A stretch of 64,000 nt of DNA, taken from Gemmatimonadota bacterium (GTDB taxonomy: Bacteria > Latescibacterota > UBA2968 > GCA-2709665). The notes beneath the pieces are model-generated. The model was not told where the DNA came from. It made no database searches and saw only the letters and a program-made list of their open reading frames with translations. Shown here in pieces: positions 41,705 to 51,071 of the stretch. Numbering within the stretch: the first letter of the stretch is position 1; every line of letters begins with the position of its first letter. A program made the position numbers and the translations under genes. The stretch is taken from NCBI GenBank assembly GCA_028877215.1, contig JAPPFJ010000025.1:146233-210232 (forward strand), in the 5' to 3' direction.

Positions 41705-43066
41705 GTGGCTTGCACCCGATCCGAATCGAAGACCGCATCCGCGCGAGCGTTTCCCTGGTGGGGATACGCCGGCATCGCCGTTTTCGGTGTCGGCGTCTGG
41801 TTGCTGGCAGCCGACGTCACCGTCTGGAATGCGGTCTGGTACCTGCCGGCGTGGTATGGATACCTCCTGGTGCTTGACGGGCTGATCCTTCGCAGCCAGG
41901 GCCGATCGTTTTTGAGCGACCGTCGCAGAGAGACGGTCGCTCTGCTTTTGTGGTCGGTGCCCTTCTGGTTCGTGTACGAGGCCTATAACCTGGTCATCGA
42001 GAACTGGTACTACGTCTTCGGATTGCGGTCGGACACCTGGGGGTTCGCATTCTCTGCCGCGGCCTTCGCAACTGTATTGCCCGCGTGTTTCATGCATGCG
42101 GAATGGCTGAAATCGACGCGCCGGTTCCGCGCAATCCAATGCCGGGGTCTCCGCGTGACGCGGAAGACGGAGGCGGTCATGTGGGTCGCGGGCGCGGCCT
42201 GCGCGATTCTGCCGCTGATCTGGCCGCGGTATGCCTTCTGGATGGTCTGGGGGGCAACGCTGGGTATTCCGGAAGCGGTTAATTACCGGATGGGCGCGCC
42301 ATCGCTGTTGCGTGATCTGGAGAGCGGGCGCCCCGCGAGGCTGCTGCGCCTTCTGTGCGGAGGCGCATGGGCGGGGGTGATCTGGGAGGGATTCAACTAC
42401 TGGGCGAGGTGCAAGTGGATCTACACCGTGCCCGGACTGGAGGGGTGGAAGCTGTTCGAAATGCCCCTGCCCGGGTTTCTGGGGTTTCCCGTTCTGGCGG
42501 TCAACGGGTTCGCCTGCTATGCCCTGTTGTGCCACACGCTGCGGGGCGGACGGGGTTGGGAAGGCGTCGGCGGTTTCAGGCCGCCTGTCCGATTTCGCTG
42601 CTGGGTGGCAGCCGCGCTGGCGGTTTTGTTCAGCGTCTCGACGTTTCGCATGGTGCAGGAGAAGACACTCAAGTCCAGGCGCCCGCTGATGTCCGAACTG
42701 GCCGGTTTGGATGCGCGGGACCGGGAGCGGCTTCGTGCGGCGGGCATTTCCACGCCCGAGCGGCTCTATCGCGCTGCCGAATCGCACGAAATCCCGTATC
42801 TCGCGGGCGCTTCGAGCGTCGATTCGCTTCGCCTGAAAAACGCGATCCTCCACGCGGAACTCGCCATCCACAAAGGAATGGGCTGCGAGGCGGCGACACT
42901 GCTTCGCAACACCGGTATTGACGGTGTTGCGGGCCTGGCGGGCGCGGACGCCGAAGTACTATACGGGCGAATCAACGAACTGAAATCCGAGGTGCGGAAG
43001 CCATCGCTGGCGGAAGTTCGGGTCTGGGTCCGCGCCGCGGATCCTCACGGCAAGCCTCGCAGATAG
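41705..43066 (+). CDS. Membrane protein with a C-terminal DUF4332-like helix-hairpin-helix region
   Basis: ORF 41522..43066 overlaps the Kelch gene. I prefer the GTG at 41705, 8 nt after GAGG; the ATG at 41663 is possible. About 330 aa of TM-rich sequence is followed by LAGLDARDRERLRAAGISTPERL and LRNTGIDGVAGLAGADAEVL. Confidence 0.55.
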   Translation: MACTRSESKTASARAFPWWGYAGIAVFGVGVWLLAADVTVWNAVWYLPAWYGYLLVLDGLILRSQGRSFLSDRRRETVALLLWSVPFWFVYEAYNLVIENWYYVFGLRSDTWGFAFSAAAFATVLPACFMHAEWLKSTRRFRAIQCRGLRVTRKTEAVMWVAGAACAILPLIWPRYAFWMVWGATLGIPEAVNYRMGAPSLLRDLESGRPARLLRLLCGGAWAGVIWEGFNYWARCKWIYTVPGLEGWKLFEMPLPGFLGFPVLAVNGFACYALLCHTLRGGRGWEGVGGFRPPVRFRCWVAAALAVLFSVSTFRMVQEKTLKSRRPLMSELAGLDARDRERLRAAGISTPERLYRAAESHEIPYLAGASSVDSLRLKNAILHAELAIHKGMGCEAATLLRNTGIDGVAGLAGADAEVLYGRINELKSEVRKPSLAEVRVWVRAADPHGKPRR

Positions 43067-43145
43067 ACCGGAATCTGCTGGACAACGGTGGATTATCGCG
43101 TATATTCTACGGTGAGACGAACAGCCTGCGGTCTAACACCCGGAA

Positions 43146-44183
43146 ATGAGGTCGCAATCGATGTCAAAAGGAGAACTCGAAGCCACCGCCCGCGCACTCG
43201 TTCCGTCAGGCGGAGGTATCCTGGCGGCGGACGAGAGCATGGGCACGATCACGAAGCGTTTCGCGGACATCGGCCTGGAACCCACGGCCGAATCACGAAG
43301 GGCTTATCGCGAAATGTTGTTTACCACCCCGGATCTGTCGGACTTCGTCAGCGGCGTCATTTTGTACGAAGAGACGTTGAAAACGGCCGCGAACGGCGGC
43401 GTGCCCTTTCCGCGGTTGTTGGCGGATCGGGGTATGATTCCCGGAGTCAAGGCGGATGCAGGGCTGGTTTCCCTGGCCGGCTTTCCGGGCGAACAGATAA
43501 CCGAGGGGCTGGACGGGCTCCGCGCCCGCCTGGAAGCCTATCGCGAGCGGGGCGCCAGGTTCGCGAAATGGCGCGCCGCCATTGCAATTGGCGACGGGAT
43601 TCCGACGCGGGGGTGCATCCATGCCAATGCCCACGCCCTCGCACGTTATGCCGCACGGTGTCAGGAAGTGGGGCTGGTGCCAATCGTGGAACCGGAAGTT
43701 TTGATGGATGGGGTTCACACCATCGAACGATGCGAGGAAGTAACGGAACGGGTGTTGCGCAGCGTGTTTTCGGAATTGGGAGAACACCGGGTCAATCTGG
43801 AAGGCACATTGCTGAAAGCCAGTATGGTCCTGTCCGGCGTCGATTGCCCGGCGCAGGCAGGCGTTGAGGAAGTGGCTGAAGCGACCGTGCGGTGCCTTCG
43901 ACGTACGGTTCCCGCCTCGATTCCAGGTGTGGTGTTTCTTTCCGGGGGACAGAGCCCGGAACTTTCTACGCTGCACCTGAACGCGATGAATCGGATTGGC
44001 GGATCCCCCTGGGAACTCAGCTATTCGTACGGCAGGGCGTTACAGGACCCCGCCCGCGCCGCATGGAACGGGCAGGCCGCCAACGTGGCGGCGGCACAGA
44101 AAGTGTTCTATCACAGGGCAAGCTGCAACAGCGCCGCACGCGACGGCAGATATGTTCCGGAGATGGAGGGCATTGCCGCCTGA
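43146..44183 (+). CDS. Fructose-bisphosphate aldolase, class I
   Basis: 345 aa. GILAADES.GT..KRF, ISGVILYEETL, and LLKASMV (Schiff-base lysine context). An alternative ATG lies at 43161. Confidence 0.9.
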   Translation: MRSQSMSKGELEATARALVPSGGGILAADESMGTITKRFADIGLEPTAESRRAYREMLFTTPDLSDFVSGVILYEETLKTAANGGVPFPRLLADRGMIPGVKADAGLVSLAGFPGEQITEGLDGLRARLEAYRERGARFAKWRAAIAIGDGIPTRGCIHANAHALARYAARCQEVGLVPIVEPEVLMDGVHTIERCEEVTERVLRSVFSELGEHRVNLEGTLLKASMVLSGVDCPAQAGVEEVAEATVRCLRRTVPASIPGVVFLSGGQSPELSTLHLNAMNRIGGSPWELSYSYGRALQDPARAAWNGQAANVAAAQKVFYHRASCNSAARDGRYVPEMEGIAA

Positions 44184-44265
44184 TTTTCTCCCTGTATCCG
44201 CCCACCGATCCCGTTACAGCAGAAGGCGCGCTGTTTCGGGATTTTTTTGACGGCATCAGATCGCA

Positions 44266-45108
44266 ATGAATCTCCTGCAACGTACCTATCGGCGTATCTG
44301 TCGTTCCGGGCGGTCAGTCGATCGTGGATTCTCACCCTTGAGATTCAGGAAACTGCTGTATTCCGCCGCCGGCGTGGTGTTGCTGGCCGCGGCCGGCGCG
44401 CTCCTTGCGTTTCTGGAATATCGGTCCAACTGCATTGCAATATGGGTGGGAGAAGCGCTGGACCGGAACAACCCGCGGCGCGCCATGTCCGGCGCTTTAT
44501 GGAAGCGGCTCGACGCGCGGTCCCAGGTCCGGGATTCGTTGCGGACGGTGGAAACACCCGTGGCCGCCGGCCTGCCCGGTGCCGTGACGGACGCCCGCTT
44601 CGACGTGGATCGCGTGCCGGAGTCCGGTATGCCTTCCTTTATCGCGGTCTGGCGCACGGAACGTTCAGGGAACCAGGGGCGGGAAACCCGTGAGCTGTTA
44701 AAGAGCATTCACGCGTTCAATCTGGGTTTGTCCGTTCTGCAGATGGCAATTTTGCCGGAGGTGCGTTTCCGTGATCGGATACGGAGCCGGGTCAATGCTC
44801 TGTACAGGCACGCGGGCGAGGCCGGTCTGCGCGAAGAAGCAGACTCCATGGTCGTAGCGGATTCGATCCGGGCGGACGTGCGAGAGCGGCTGGAAGGGGT
44901 TTTTGTCGAACAATTCCGGTCCGATGAGCGGAATCGTCTGATGGAAGCATTCCGATCGGGTCGTGTGAGCCAGATTCTGATTCAGAGCGGGCTCGGCACC
45001 TACCACGGCGAGCTGGTTTACGTCGATCCGGAACGCGCCCCCGTCAGATTCGAGGTGGAATCCGGGGGAATGGACGAACTCTTCGGCAATGCGGGAGGGC
45101 AGCCCTGA
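44266..45108 (+). CDS. Hypothetical membrane-anchored protein
   Basis: 280 aa with a single N-terminal TM segment (LLYSAAGVVLLAAAGALLAFL). Its TGA overlaps the PBP1A ATG by 1 nt. I recognise no domain. Confidence 0.55.
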   Translation: MNLLQRTYRRICRSGRSVDRGFSPLRFRKLLYSAAGVVLLAAAGALLAFLEYRSNCIAIWVGEALDRNNPRRAMSGALWKRLDARSQVRDSLRTVETPVAAGLPGAVTDARFDVDRVPESGMPSFIAVWRTERSGNQGRETRELLKSIHAFNLGLSVLQMAILPEVRFRDRIRSRVNALYRHAGEAGLREEADSMVVADSIRADVRERLEGVFVEQFRSDERNRLMEAFRSGRVSQILIQSGLGTYHGELVYVDPERAPVRFEVESGGMDELFGNAGGQP

Positions 45109-47174
45109 TGTGCCGGATCCTGCTTCGAAAGTACTGGACCCGGACAGGAATGCTTCTGGCTGCGGACGGTTTGCTGGTCGCAGGCCTTGGCTTGGCCTGG
45201 CTGACGACGACACTGCCGCGAATTCCGCCGGATCCCGACGCGTTGAGCAGCCAGCCGGGAGTGAACATCTTCGCGGATACCGGGGAGCTGCTGTTTACGT
45301 TCAACCGTCGGGTCAGACAGGTCAGGCTGGACCAGGTGAGCCCCTGGTTTATCAAGGCCGTTATTGCGACCGAAGACGAATCGTTCTACTACCACCGGGG
45401 CGTAAGTCTGAAAGGCATCGCAGGGGCGGTCATGGCAAACCTGAGGCATCTCCGGAAAGTCAGAGGTGGAAGTACGATTACCCAGCAGATTGTCAAGAAC
45501 GTGTTTCTGACACGGGAGAAGACCTATCTGCGGAAGGCGCGCGAGGCACTGCTGGCCATGCAACTGGAGGCGATGTTTTCAAGGTTGTATGGTGAATCGG
45601 CCAAGGACAGATTGCTGGAGATCTACATCAACGGGAGTTTTTTCGGTACGAACGCCTACGGCGTTGAGGATGCCTCGCAGACGTTTTTTGGAAAGACCGC
45701 GGCGGACCTGAGCCTCACGGAGGCGGCCATGCTGGCGGGGCTGCCCAATTCACCCGGTGCATTGAATCCGTTCCGTGACGGCGGCCGGCAGGCCGCGGTG
45801 CGTACCTCGCACGTTCTGAGGCGCATGCATGCGGCGGGTTTCCTGGAAACGGACGCGTTGAACGAGGCTCTCGCTGCGTCTCCGGTTCTGGCGTCGCAAC
45901 GCCGCGACAGGAATCGGACGCCGTACTTCGTTGAAATCATCAAGGACGAGGTCGTGCGGCAATGGGGACGGTCCGCGCTCAGTTTCGGTGCATTGGATAT
46001 CCACACGACATTAGACTTTCACATGCAGAAGGCCGCGGAAAAATCTGTTGCGGAAGGACTTGCAGATGTAGATGAACGGCTTGGATTCGGCGCGTACAAG
46101 GGGGCGGACAAAGAGCGCAGGCGCGAATACATACAGGCGGCCCTGGTCAGCCTGGAGCCGGCGACCGGATACGTGCGCGCATTGGTGGGCGGCCGTGACA
46201 TTTTCATCAGCTACTTCAATAGGGCAACGGCCGCAAGGCGCCAGCCGGGCTCGGGTTTCAAGCCGGTCGTGTATCTGGCGGCGCTGGCGTCGGGCGAGAT
46301 TTCGCCCGTGTCGTTGTTTGTCGATGAGCCAAGGACCTACACGGTAAACGGGAATCCATGGACGCCCAGGAATTCCAGAGACCGGTATCTGGGAATGACC
46401 ACGGCCGCGTGGGCCCTGGTGAATTCTGCGAATTCGGCAAGCGTACAGGTCATGGAACGCATCGGCCCCGAACGGGTTGCGGAGATGGGCCGACGACTGG
46501 GAGTACGGAGTCCATTGAACCCATATCCGAGCATCGCGCTGGGCGCGAACGAGGTTTCACCGCTGGAGATGGCCTCGGTCTATGCCACCATCGCCAATTA
46601 CGGGGTCCGCGTGGACCCGACTTTCGTGCGGCGGATCCAAGATTCCGGTGGGCGGGTGGTATACGAACACCGGGTGCAGCCGGTTCCCGCAATAGACGCT
46701 GCGGATGCCTACGTCATGATCCGATTGCTTCAGAACGTTATCGAGCGAGGTACCGGGCGCGGGGTTCGATCCGGAGGATTCGTCCGGGCCGCGGCGGGCA
46801 AGACGGGTACGACAAACGACCATACCGATGCCTGGTTTACCGGCTTCACTCCGGACCTCGCAACCTGTGTCTGGGTTGGATTCGACCGGAAGACCCGCCG
46901 AGAGACCCGGATAACGGGCGGCCGCGACGCCGTACCGATCTGGACGGCGTTTATGGCGCGGGCGACGGCCGGACGCGCGTCGCGTGATTTCTGGAAGCCC
47001 GACGACGTCTACGAGGTGCCCGTCGATGCGATCACCGGTGTCCCCGCGGATTCTTCGGCCGCTTCGGAGTCGCATCCGGCCCCGATCCTGGTGGCGCTCA
47101 AATCGGGGGAATCCACAAACAGTCAGCGGGCGGTCGCGGAATTCCGCGCGGCTGCGGCCGATTCGGCCAATTAG
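45108..47174 (+). CDS. Bifunctional penicillin-binding protein 1A (glycosyltransferase GT51 + transpeptidase)
   Basis: 688 aa. GT51 motifs ATEDESFYYHRG and RGGSTITQQ; transpeptidase motifs SGFKP (SxxK), SANS (SxN) and KTGTT. Confidence 0.9.
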   Translation: MCRILLRKYWTRTGMLLAADGLLVAGLGLAWLTTTLPRIPPDPDALSSQPGVNIFADTGELLFTFNRRVRQVRLDQVSPWFIKAVIATEDESFYYHRGVSLKGIAGAVMANLRHLRKVRGGSTITQQIVKNVFLTREKTYLRKAREALLAMQLEAMFSRLYGESAKDRLLEIYINGSFFGTNAYGVEDASQTFFGKTAADLSLTEAAMLAGLPNSPGALNPFRDGGRQAAVRTSHVLRRMHAAGFLETDALNEALAASPVLASQRRDRNRTPYFVEIIKDEVVRQWGRSALSFGALDIHTTLDFHMQKAAEKSVAEGLADVDERLGFGAYKGADKERRREYIQAALVSLEPATGYVRALVGGRDIFISYFNRATAARRQPGSGFKPVVYLAALASGEISPVSLFVDEPRTYTVNGNPWTPRNSRDRYLGMTTAAWALVNSANSASVQVMERIGPERVAEMGRRLGVRSPLNPYPSIALGANEVSPLEMASVYATIANYGVRVDPTFVRRIQDSGGRVVYEHRVQPVPAIDAADAYVMIRLLQNVIERGTGRGVRSGGFVRAAAGKTGTTNDHTDAWFTGFTPDLATCVWVGFDRKTRRETRITGGRDAVPIWTAFMARATAGRASRDFWKPDDVYEVPVDAITGVPADSSAASESHPAPILVALKSGESTNSQRAVAEFRAAAADSAN

Positions 47175-47231
47175 CACGTCCAGTCGCGGAAAGCCGACAT
47201 ACCCAACAGCACCCTGACAGGGAGGAATACC

Positions 47232-48182
47232 ATGCTTCGAGCAGCACAGGATTTCCTGAACGAACTGAGTACGGACCAGCGGAGCCGGGTTCTGTACACG
47301 TTCGACCACGAGGAGCGTTTCAACTGGAACTACGTACCCGTAAAGCGAAACGGCGTGCCTTTCAGGGAGATGTCACCGTCGCAGCGGGAGTCGGCGCATC
47401 GTCTCTTGAGAAGCGCGCTCAGCGATTCCGGATATCAGAAGGCGGTGGATATCATGGTCCTGGAGGGCATTCTCGGCCAGATCGAGTCCCGGTCGGTATC
47501 GCGCTTCGACAGGGACCCGGACGGATATTTCCTGACACTATTTGGCGACCTCGCTTCGGGGACGGAACCCTGGGGCTGGCGGATCGACGGCCACCATCTG
47601 TCCGTGACGGTCTCGGTCGGCGCGGAAAAGAAGGTGGCTGCCACCCCGGCCTTCTGGGGTGCGAACCCGGCGCGGGTGCCCTCGGGAAAACGGAAGGGCT
47701 GGCGCGTCCTGCGCGATGAAGAGGACATGGCGCGTGGCCTTCTGAACGCGTTGTCGGAGGACCTGCAGGCCGCGGTCCGCATCGCGGACGAGGCGCCAAG
47801 CGATATACTCACCCGAAACAGCAAAGTGGCCCGGATTGGCGATCCGGCGGGCCTTCCCGTATCCAATATGCCGCCGTCGCAGAAGGATGCGGTGATGCGG
47901 ATTCTGAGTCTGTACGCGGCGAACCTTCGTGCGGATCTCGGCGAAGCGCACCTGGCGCGAATCCGCGGGGCCGGTGTGGACCGGTTGCACTTTGCATGGG
48001 CCGGCGGGGTCCGTCCAGGAGAGAAGCACTATTACAGGATTCACGGACCCACTCATCTCGTGGAATACGACAATACCCAGAACGACGCGAACCACATTCA
48101 CTCCGTACTGCGCGATCTGGAGAACGACTTCGGCCTCGATCCGTTACGGGACCACTATGCAGATTGCAAACACGATTCTTAG
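47232..48182 (+). CDS. DUF3500-family protein
   Basis: 316 aa. F.W.YVP..R.G, GWR.DGHHLS, HYYRIHGP..LVEYDNTQN.ANHIH resemble DUF3500 members I recall. Confidence 0.6.
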   Translation: MLRAAQDFLNELSTDQRSRVLYTFDHEERFNWNYVPVKRNGVPFREMSPSQRESAHRLLRSALSDSGYQKAVDIMVLEGILGQIESRSVSRFDRDPDGYFLTLFGDLASGTEPWGWRIDGHHLSVTVSVGAEKKVAATPAFWGANPARVPSGKRKGWRVLRDEEDMARGLLNALSEDLQAAVRIADEAPSDILTRNSKVARIGDPAGLPVSNMPPSQKDAVMRILSLYAANLRADLGEAHLARIRGAGVDRLHFAWAGGVRPGEKHYYRIHGPTHLVEYDNTQNDANHIHSVLRDLENDFGLDPLRDHYADCKHDS

Positions 48183-48191
48183 GAGTTTAAA

Positions 48192-49649
48192 ATGCCCATC
48201 CCGCCCGAGGCAACCCGGGTTTCGCCGACCCTGTGGGAGATCCCAACTTCATTCAAAGAGGGGATGCTCGTCCCGGCGCGAATTTACGCGACGCAAAAAC
48301 TGATGTCGGAAATGGACCGCGGCGTAATCGATCAGGTGACCAATGTGGCCACGCTGCCGGGCATTCTCAACTACGCCTTCTGTATGCCCGATGGGCACTG
48401 GGGATACGGTTTTCCCATTGGCGGAGTGGCTGCAATGGACGCGGAGCGGGGCGTGATCTCGCCGGGAGGCATCGGTTTCGACGTCAACTGCGGGATGCGT
48501 CTGGTCACCACCAATCTGACGTACGAAGAGGTCAGGCCCCACCTCAAGAAGCTCGTCGATCGCCTGTTCGACCGCGTGCCGGCGGGCGTAGGAAGTACGG
48601 GGTTTCTGAAGATTTCACACGACGAGTTTCGAACGGTCGTGCAGGAAGGAGCCAGGTGGTGCGTTGAAAACCACTTCGGATGGCGGGAGGATCTCGAGCG
48701 GACCGAAGAGAATGGCTGCATTTCGGGTGCGGACGCAACGAAGATCAGCCGGAAGGCGGTGGAGCGGGGCTTCAACCAGATCGGTACGCTCGGATCGGGA
48801 AACCACTATCTTGAGATTCAGGTGGCCAGACCCGGCCAGGTGTTCGACGAGGCCGCGGCCCGGGCGTTCGGCATTACGCTACCCAATCAGGTTGTCGTGA
48901 TGTTTCACTGCGGCAGCCGGGGTTTCGGACACCAGGTGGCAACCGACTATCTGCGGGTATTTCTCAAGGTGATGCAGAAAAATTACGGGATTTCAATTCG
49001 TGACCGCGAACTCGCGTGTGCGCCATTGCAATCCCCGGAAGGCCAGGACTATTTCGCTGCGATGAAGTGCGCGATCAACATGTCCTTCGCAAACCGGCAG
49101 GTCATTCTTCATCGCATTCGCGAGGTATTCTCCGACGTATTGAAACGCAGCCCCGAGGACATGGAGATGCGCCAGGTGTACGACGTGGCGCATAACACCG
49201 CCAAGCTTGAGCGCCACGTGGTCGATGGCCGGCATCGCAAGGTACTCGTTCACCGGAAGGGGGCGACCCGCGCGTTCGGGCCGGACATGGACGGCGTCCC
49301 CGACCGTTTCAAAGCGCACGGACAGCCGGTGATCATCGGGGGCAGTATGGAAACCGGTTCCTATCTGCTCGCGGGGTCGTCCGACGGAGGCCAGGCGTTT
49401 TTCTCCACGGCTCACGGCAGCGGACGGACGATGAGTCGCACGAAGGCGCGCAAGCGTTTTCACGGCAAGCGGCTTCAGAAGGAACTGGAGGCCCGCGGCA
49501 TCTACGTCCGGTCCGTCTCCTTTGCTGGCCTTGCGGAAGAGGCGGGCGGCGCGTACAAGGATATCGACGAAGTCATCGAGGCGACCCAGCGGGCGGGGCT
49601 CAGCCGGCGTGTCGTGCGATTCTCACCCATCGGCAACGTGAAGGGGTAA
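48192..49649 (+). CDS. rtcB: RNA 3'-phosphate ligase RtcB (archaeal/eukaryal-like type)
   Basis: 485 aa. MPDGHWGYGFPIGGVAA, GIGFDVNCG, GSGNHYLEIQ, HCGSRGFGHQ, and HGSGR near the C-terminus. Confidence 0.95.
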   Translation: MPIPPEATRVSPTLWEIPTSFKEGMLVPARIYATQKLMSEMDRGVIDQVTNVATLPGILNYAFCMPDGHWGYGFPIGGVAAMDAERGVISPGGIGFDVNCGMRLVTTNLTYEEVRPHLKKLVDRLFDRVPAGVGSTGFLKISHDEFRTVVQEGARWCVENHFGWREDLERTEENGCISGADATKISRKAVERGFNQIGTLGSGNHYLEIQVARPGQVFDEAAARAFGITLPNQVVVMFHCGSRGFGHQVATDYLRVFLKVMQKNYGISIRDRELACAPLQSPEGQDYFAAMKCAINMSFANRQVILHRIREVFSDVLKRSPEDMEMRQVYDVAHNTAKLERHVVDGRHRKVLVHRKGATRAFGPDMDGVPDRFKAHGQPVIIGGSMETGSYLLAGSSDGGQAFFSTAHGSGRTMSRTKARKRFHGKRLQKELEARGIYVRSVSFAGLAEEAGGAYKDIDEVIEATQRAGLSRRVVRFSPIGNVKG

Positions 49650-49651
49650 TC

Positions 49652-50611
49652 ATGGCGAAAGACCGCGTTCGCGCGGCTGAACCCGAGCCGACGAAGGACG
49701 ACGTGTCGAAGGGATACGGGGAAATGAAGATCTCCATGATTCTGATTGCGGGTTCGCTGGGGAGCGGCAAGACCACGCTGCTGCGCCACCTGGTGGCACG
49801 TGCCAACCGGCGGATCGCGATTCTGATGAACGAATTCGGCGAGATCGCCATCGACAGCAAGGTCGTGGAGGGCGAACACATCCGCATGACCGAACTTGCA
49901 GGAGGTTGCGTCTGTTGTTCGCTGGCAGGTGAATTCGAGGAAGCGGTCAAGGAAATCGTCGAGACGGTGCGTCCCGAACTCATTGTGGTTGAAACCACCG
50001 GCGTCGCTGAACCGGATGCGGTCATCTTCGACGTGGAGGACAATCTTCAGGGCGTTCGCATGGACAGTGTGGTCGTGATCGCGGACGCGGACCTGATGGT
50101 GCGGTTTCCCGACCTGGGATACGTGACCACCTCTCAGTTCGAATCCGCGGATTTGCTGCTGCTGAATAAAGTGGACCTCGTCACGCCCCGCCAGCTTGAC
50201 GCGGTCGAAGCCCAACTGGGGCGGGTGAATCCCGACGCGTCCGTCGTGCGCACCTTGAGATGTGAAGTGGACATCGGGCTTCTGTTCGGCGTTGTCGAGA
50301 AGGGGCAGAGACACCTGCGCACGCGTGCAACGCACACGGATCTTATGGAAATCGACAGCTTCGATTTCGTTTCCGACAGGCCCATGGATCGAGAAAGATT
50401 CGAACGCCTCGCGGAGAATATGCCAAAGGCAGTTTACCGCTCGAAGGGATTCCTGCGGTGTGTCGAAGCCGCATTTCTCTTCAATTTCGCGGGGGGCAGA
50501 TGGGCGCTGGAACCCTTTGAATCCGACCGTACGGAACTCGTCTTCATTGGCAGGGGCGCGGTGGAAGCACGGGTGCGGGTTCTTGCGGAACTCGAAGCTT
50601 GTCAGGTCTAA
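49652..50611 (+). CDS. COG0523 (CobW/HypB/UreG G3E-family) metallochaperone-type GTPase
   Basis: 319 aa. The ATG lies 3 nt after the rtcB stop. P-loop GSLGSGKTTLL, metal motif GGCVCCSL, LLLNKVDL, and a CobW C-terminal-like domain. An alternative ATG lies at 49724. Confidence 0.85.
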   Translation: MAKDRVRAAEPEPTKDDVSKGYGEMKISMILIAGSLGSGKTTLLRHLVARANRRIAILMNEFGEIAIDSKVVEGEHIRMTELAGGCVCCSLAGEFEEAVKEIVETVRPELIVVETTGVAEPDAVIFDVEDNLQGVRMDSVVVIADADLMVRFPDLGYVTTSQFESADLLLLNKVDLVTPRQLDAVEAQLGRVNPDASVVRTLRCEVDIGLLFGVVEKGQRHLRTRATHTDLMEIDSFDFVSDRPMDRERFERLAENMPKAVYRSKGFLRCVEAAFLFNFAGGRWALEPFESDRTELVFIGRGAVEARVRVLAELEACQV

Positions 50612-50638
50612 TGTTCTGTCCCGGAAAGGGATGCCACG

Positions 50639-51070
50639 GTGTCATATCGATTTATCGAAGATATAGCAATCGCGGACGTCGCGTTCGAAGCCTGGGGCGA
50701 AGACCTCGCCGGGGTACTTACCGCGGCCGCGGAAGCGACGCTGAACGTCATGGTATCGGACCTGGATTCCGTGGCGCTCAGAAACCGGCGTACCGTGAAT
50801 CTCGAGGCCGAAGAACCCGACTTGCTGCTGTTCGACTTTCTGCAGGAAGTGATCTTTTTCAAGGATGCGAATCGGCTTCTTCTGCGGCCCGTGAACGTCG
50901 TCGCGGAAGCGCGTGAAGGCGTCTTCAAGGTGTCGGCCGACCTTGTCGGCGAGGAGCTGGATATGGAACGCCACGACCTGGTCGTGGACGTGAAGGCAGT
51001 CACACTGCACCGGTTTGTCGTGGAACGCGTCGACGGACGGTGGCGGGCGTTTGTCGTTCTGGATATCTGA
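50639..51070 (+). CDS. Archease (RtcB activator family)
   Basis: 143 aa, GTG start. Y.F.ED.AIADVAFEAWG..L....AAA.A...VM and the C-terminal VKAVTLH fit archease. Confidence 0.8.
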   Translation: MSYRFIEDIAIADVAFEAWGEDLAGVLTAAAEATLNVMVSDLDSVALRNRRTVNLEAEEPDLLLFDFLQEVIFFKDANRLLLRPVNVVAEAREGVFKVSADLVGEELDMERHDLVVDVKAVTLHRFVVERVDGRWRAFVVLDI

Positions 51071-51071
51071 A

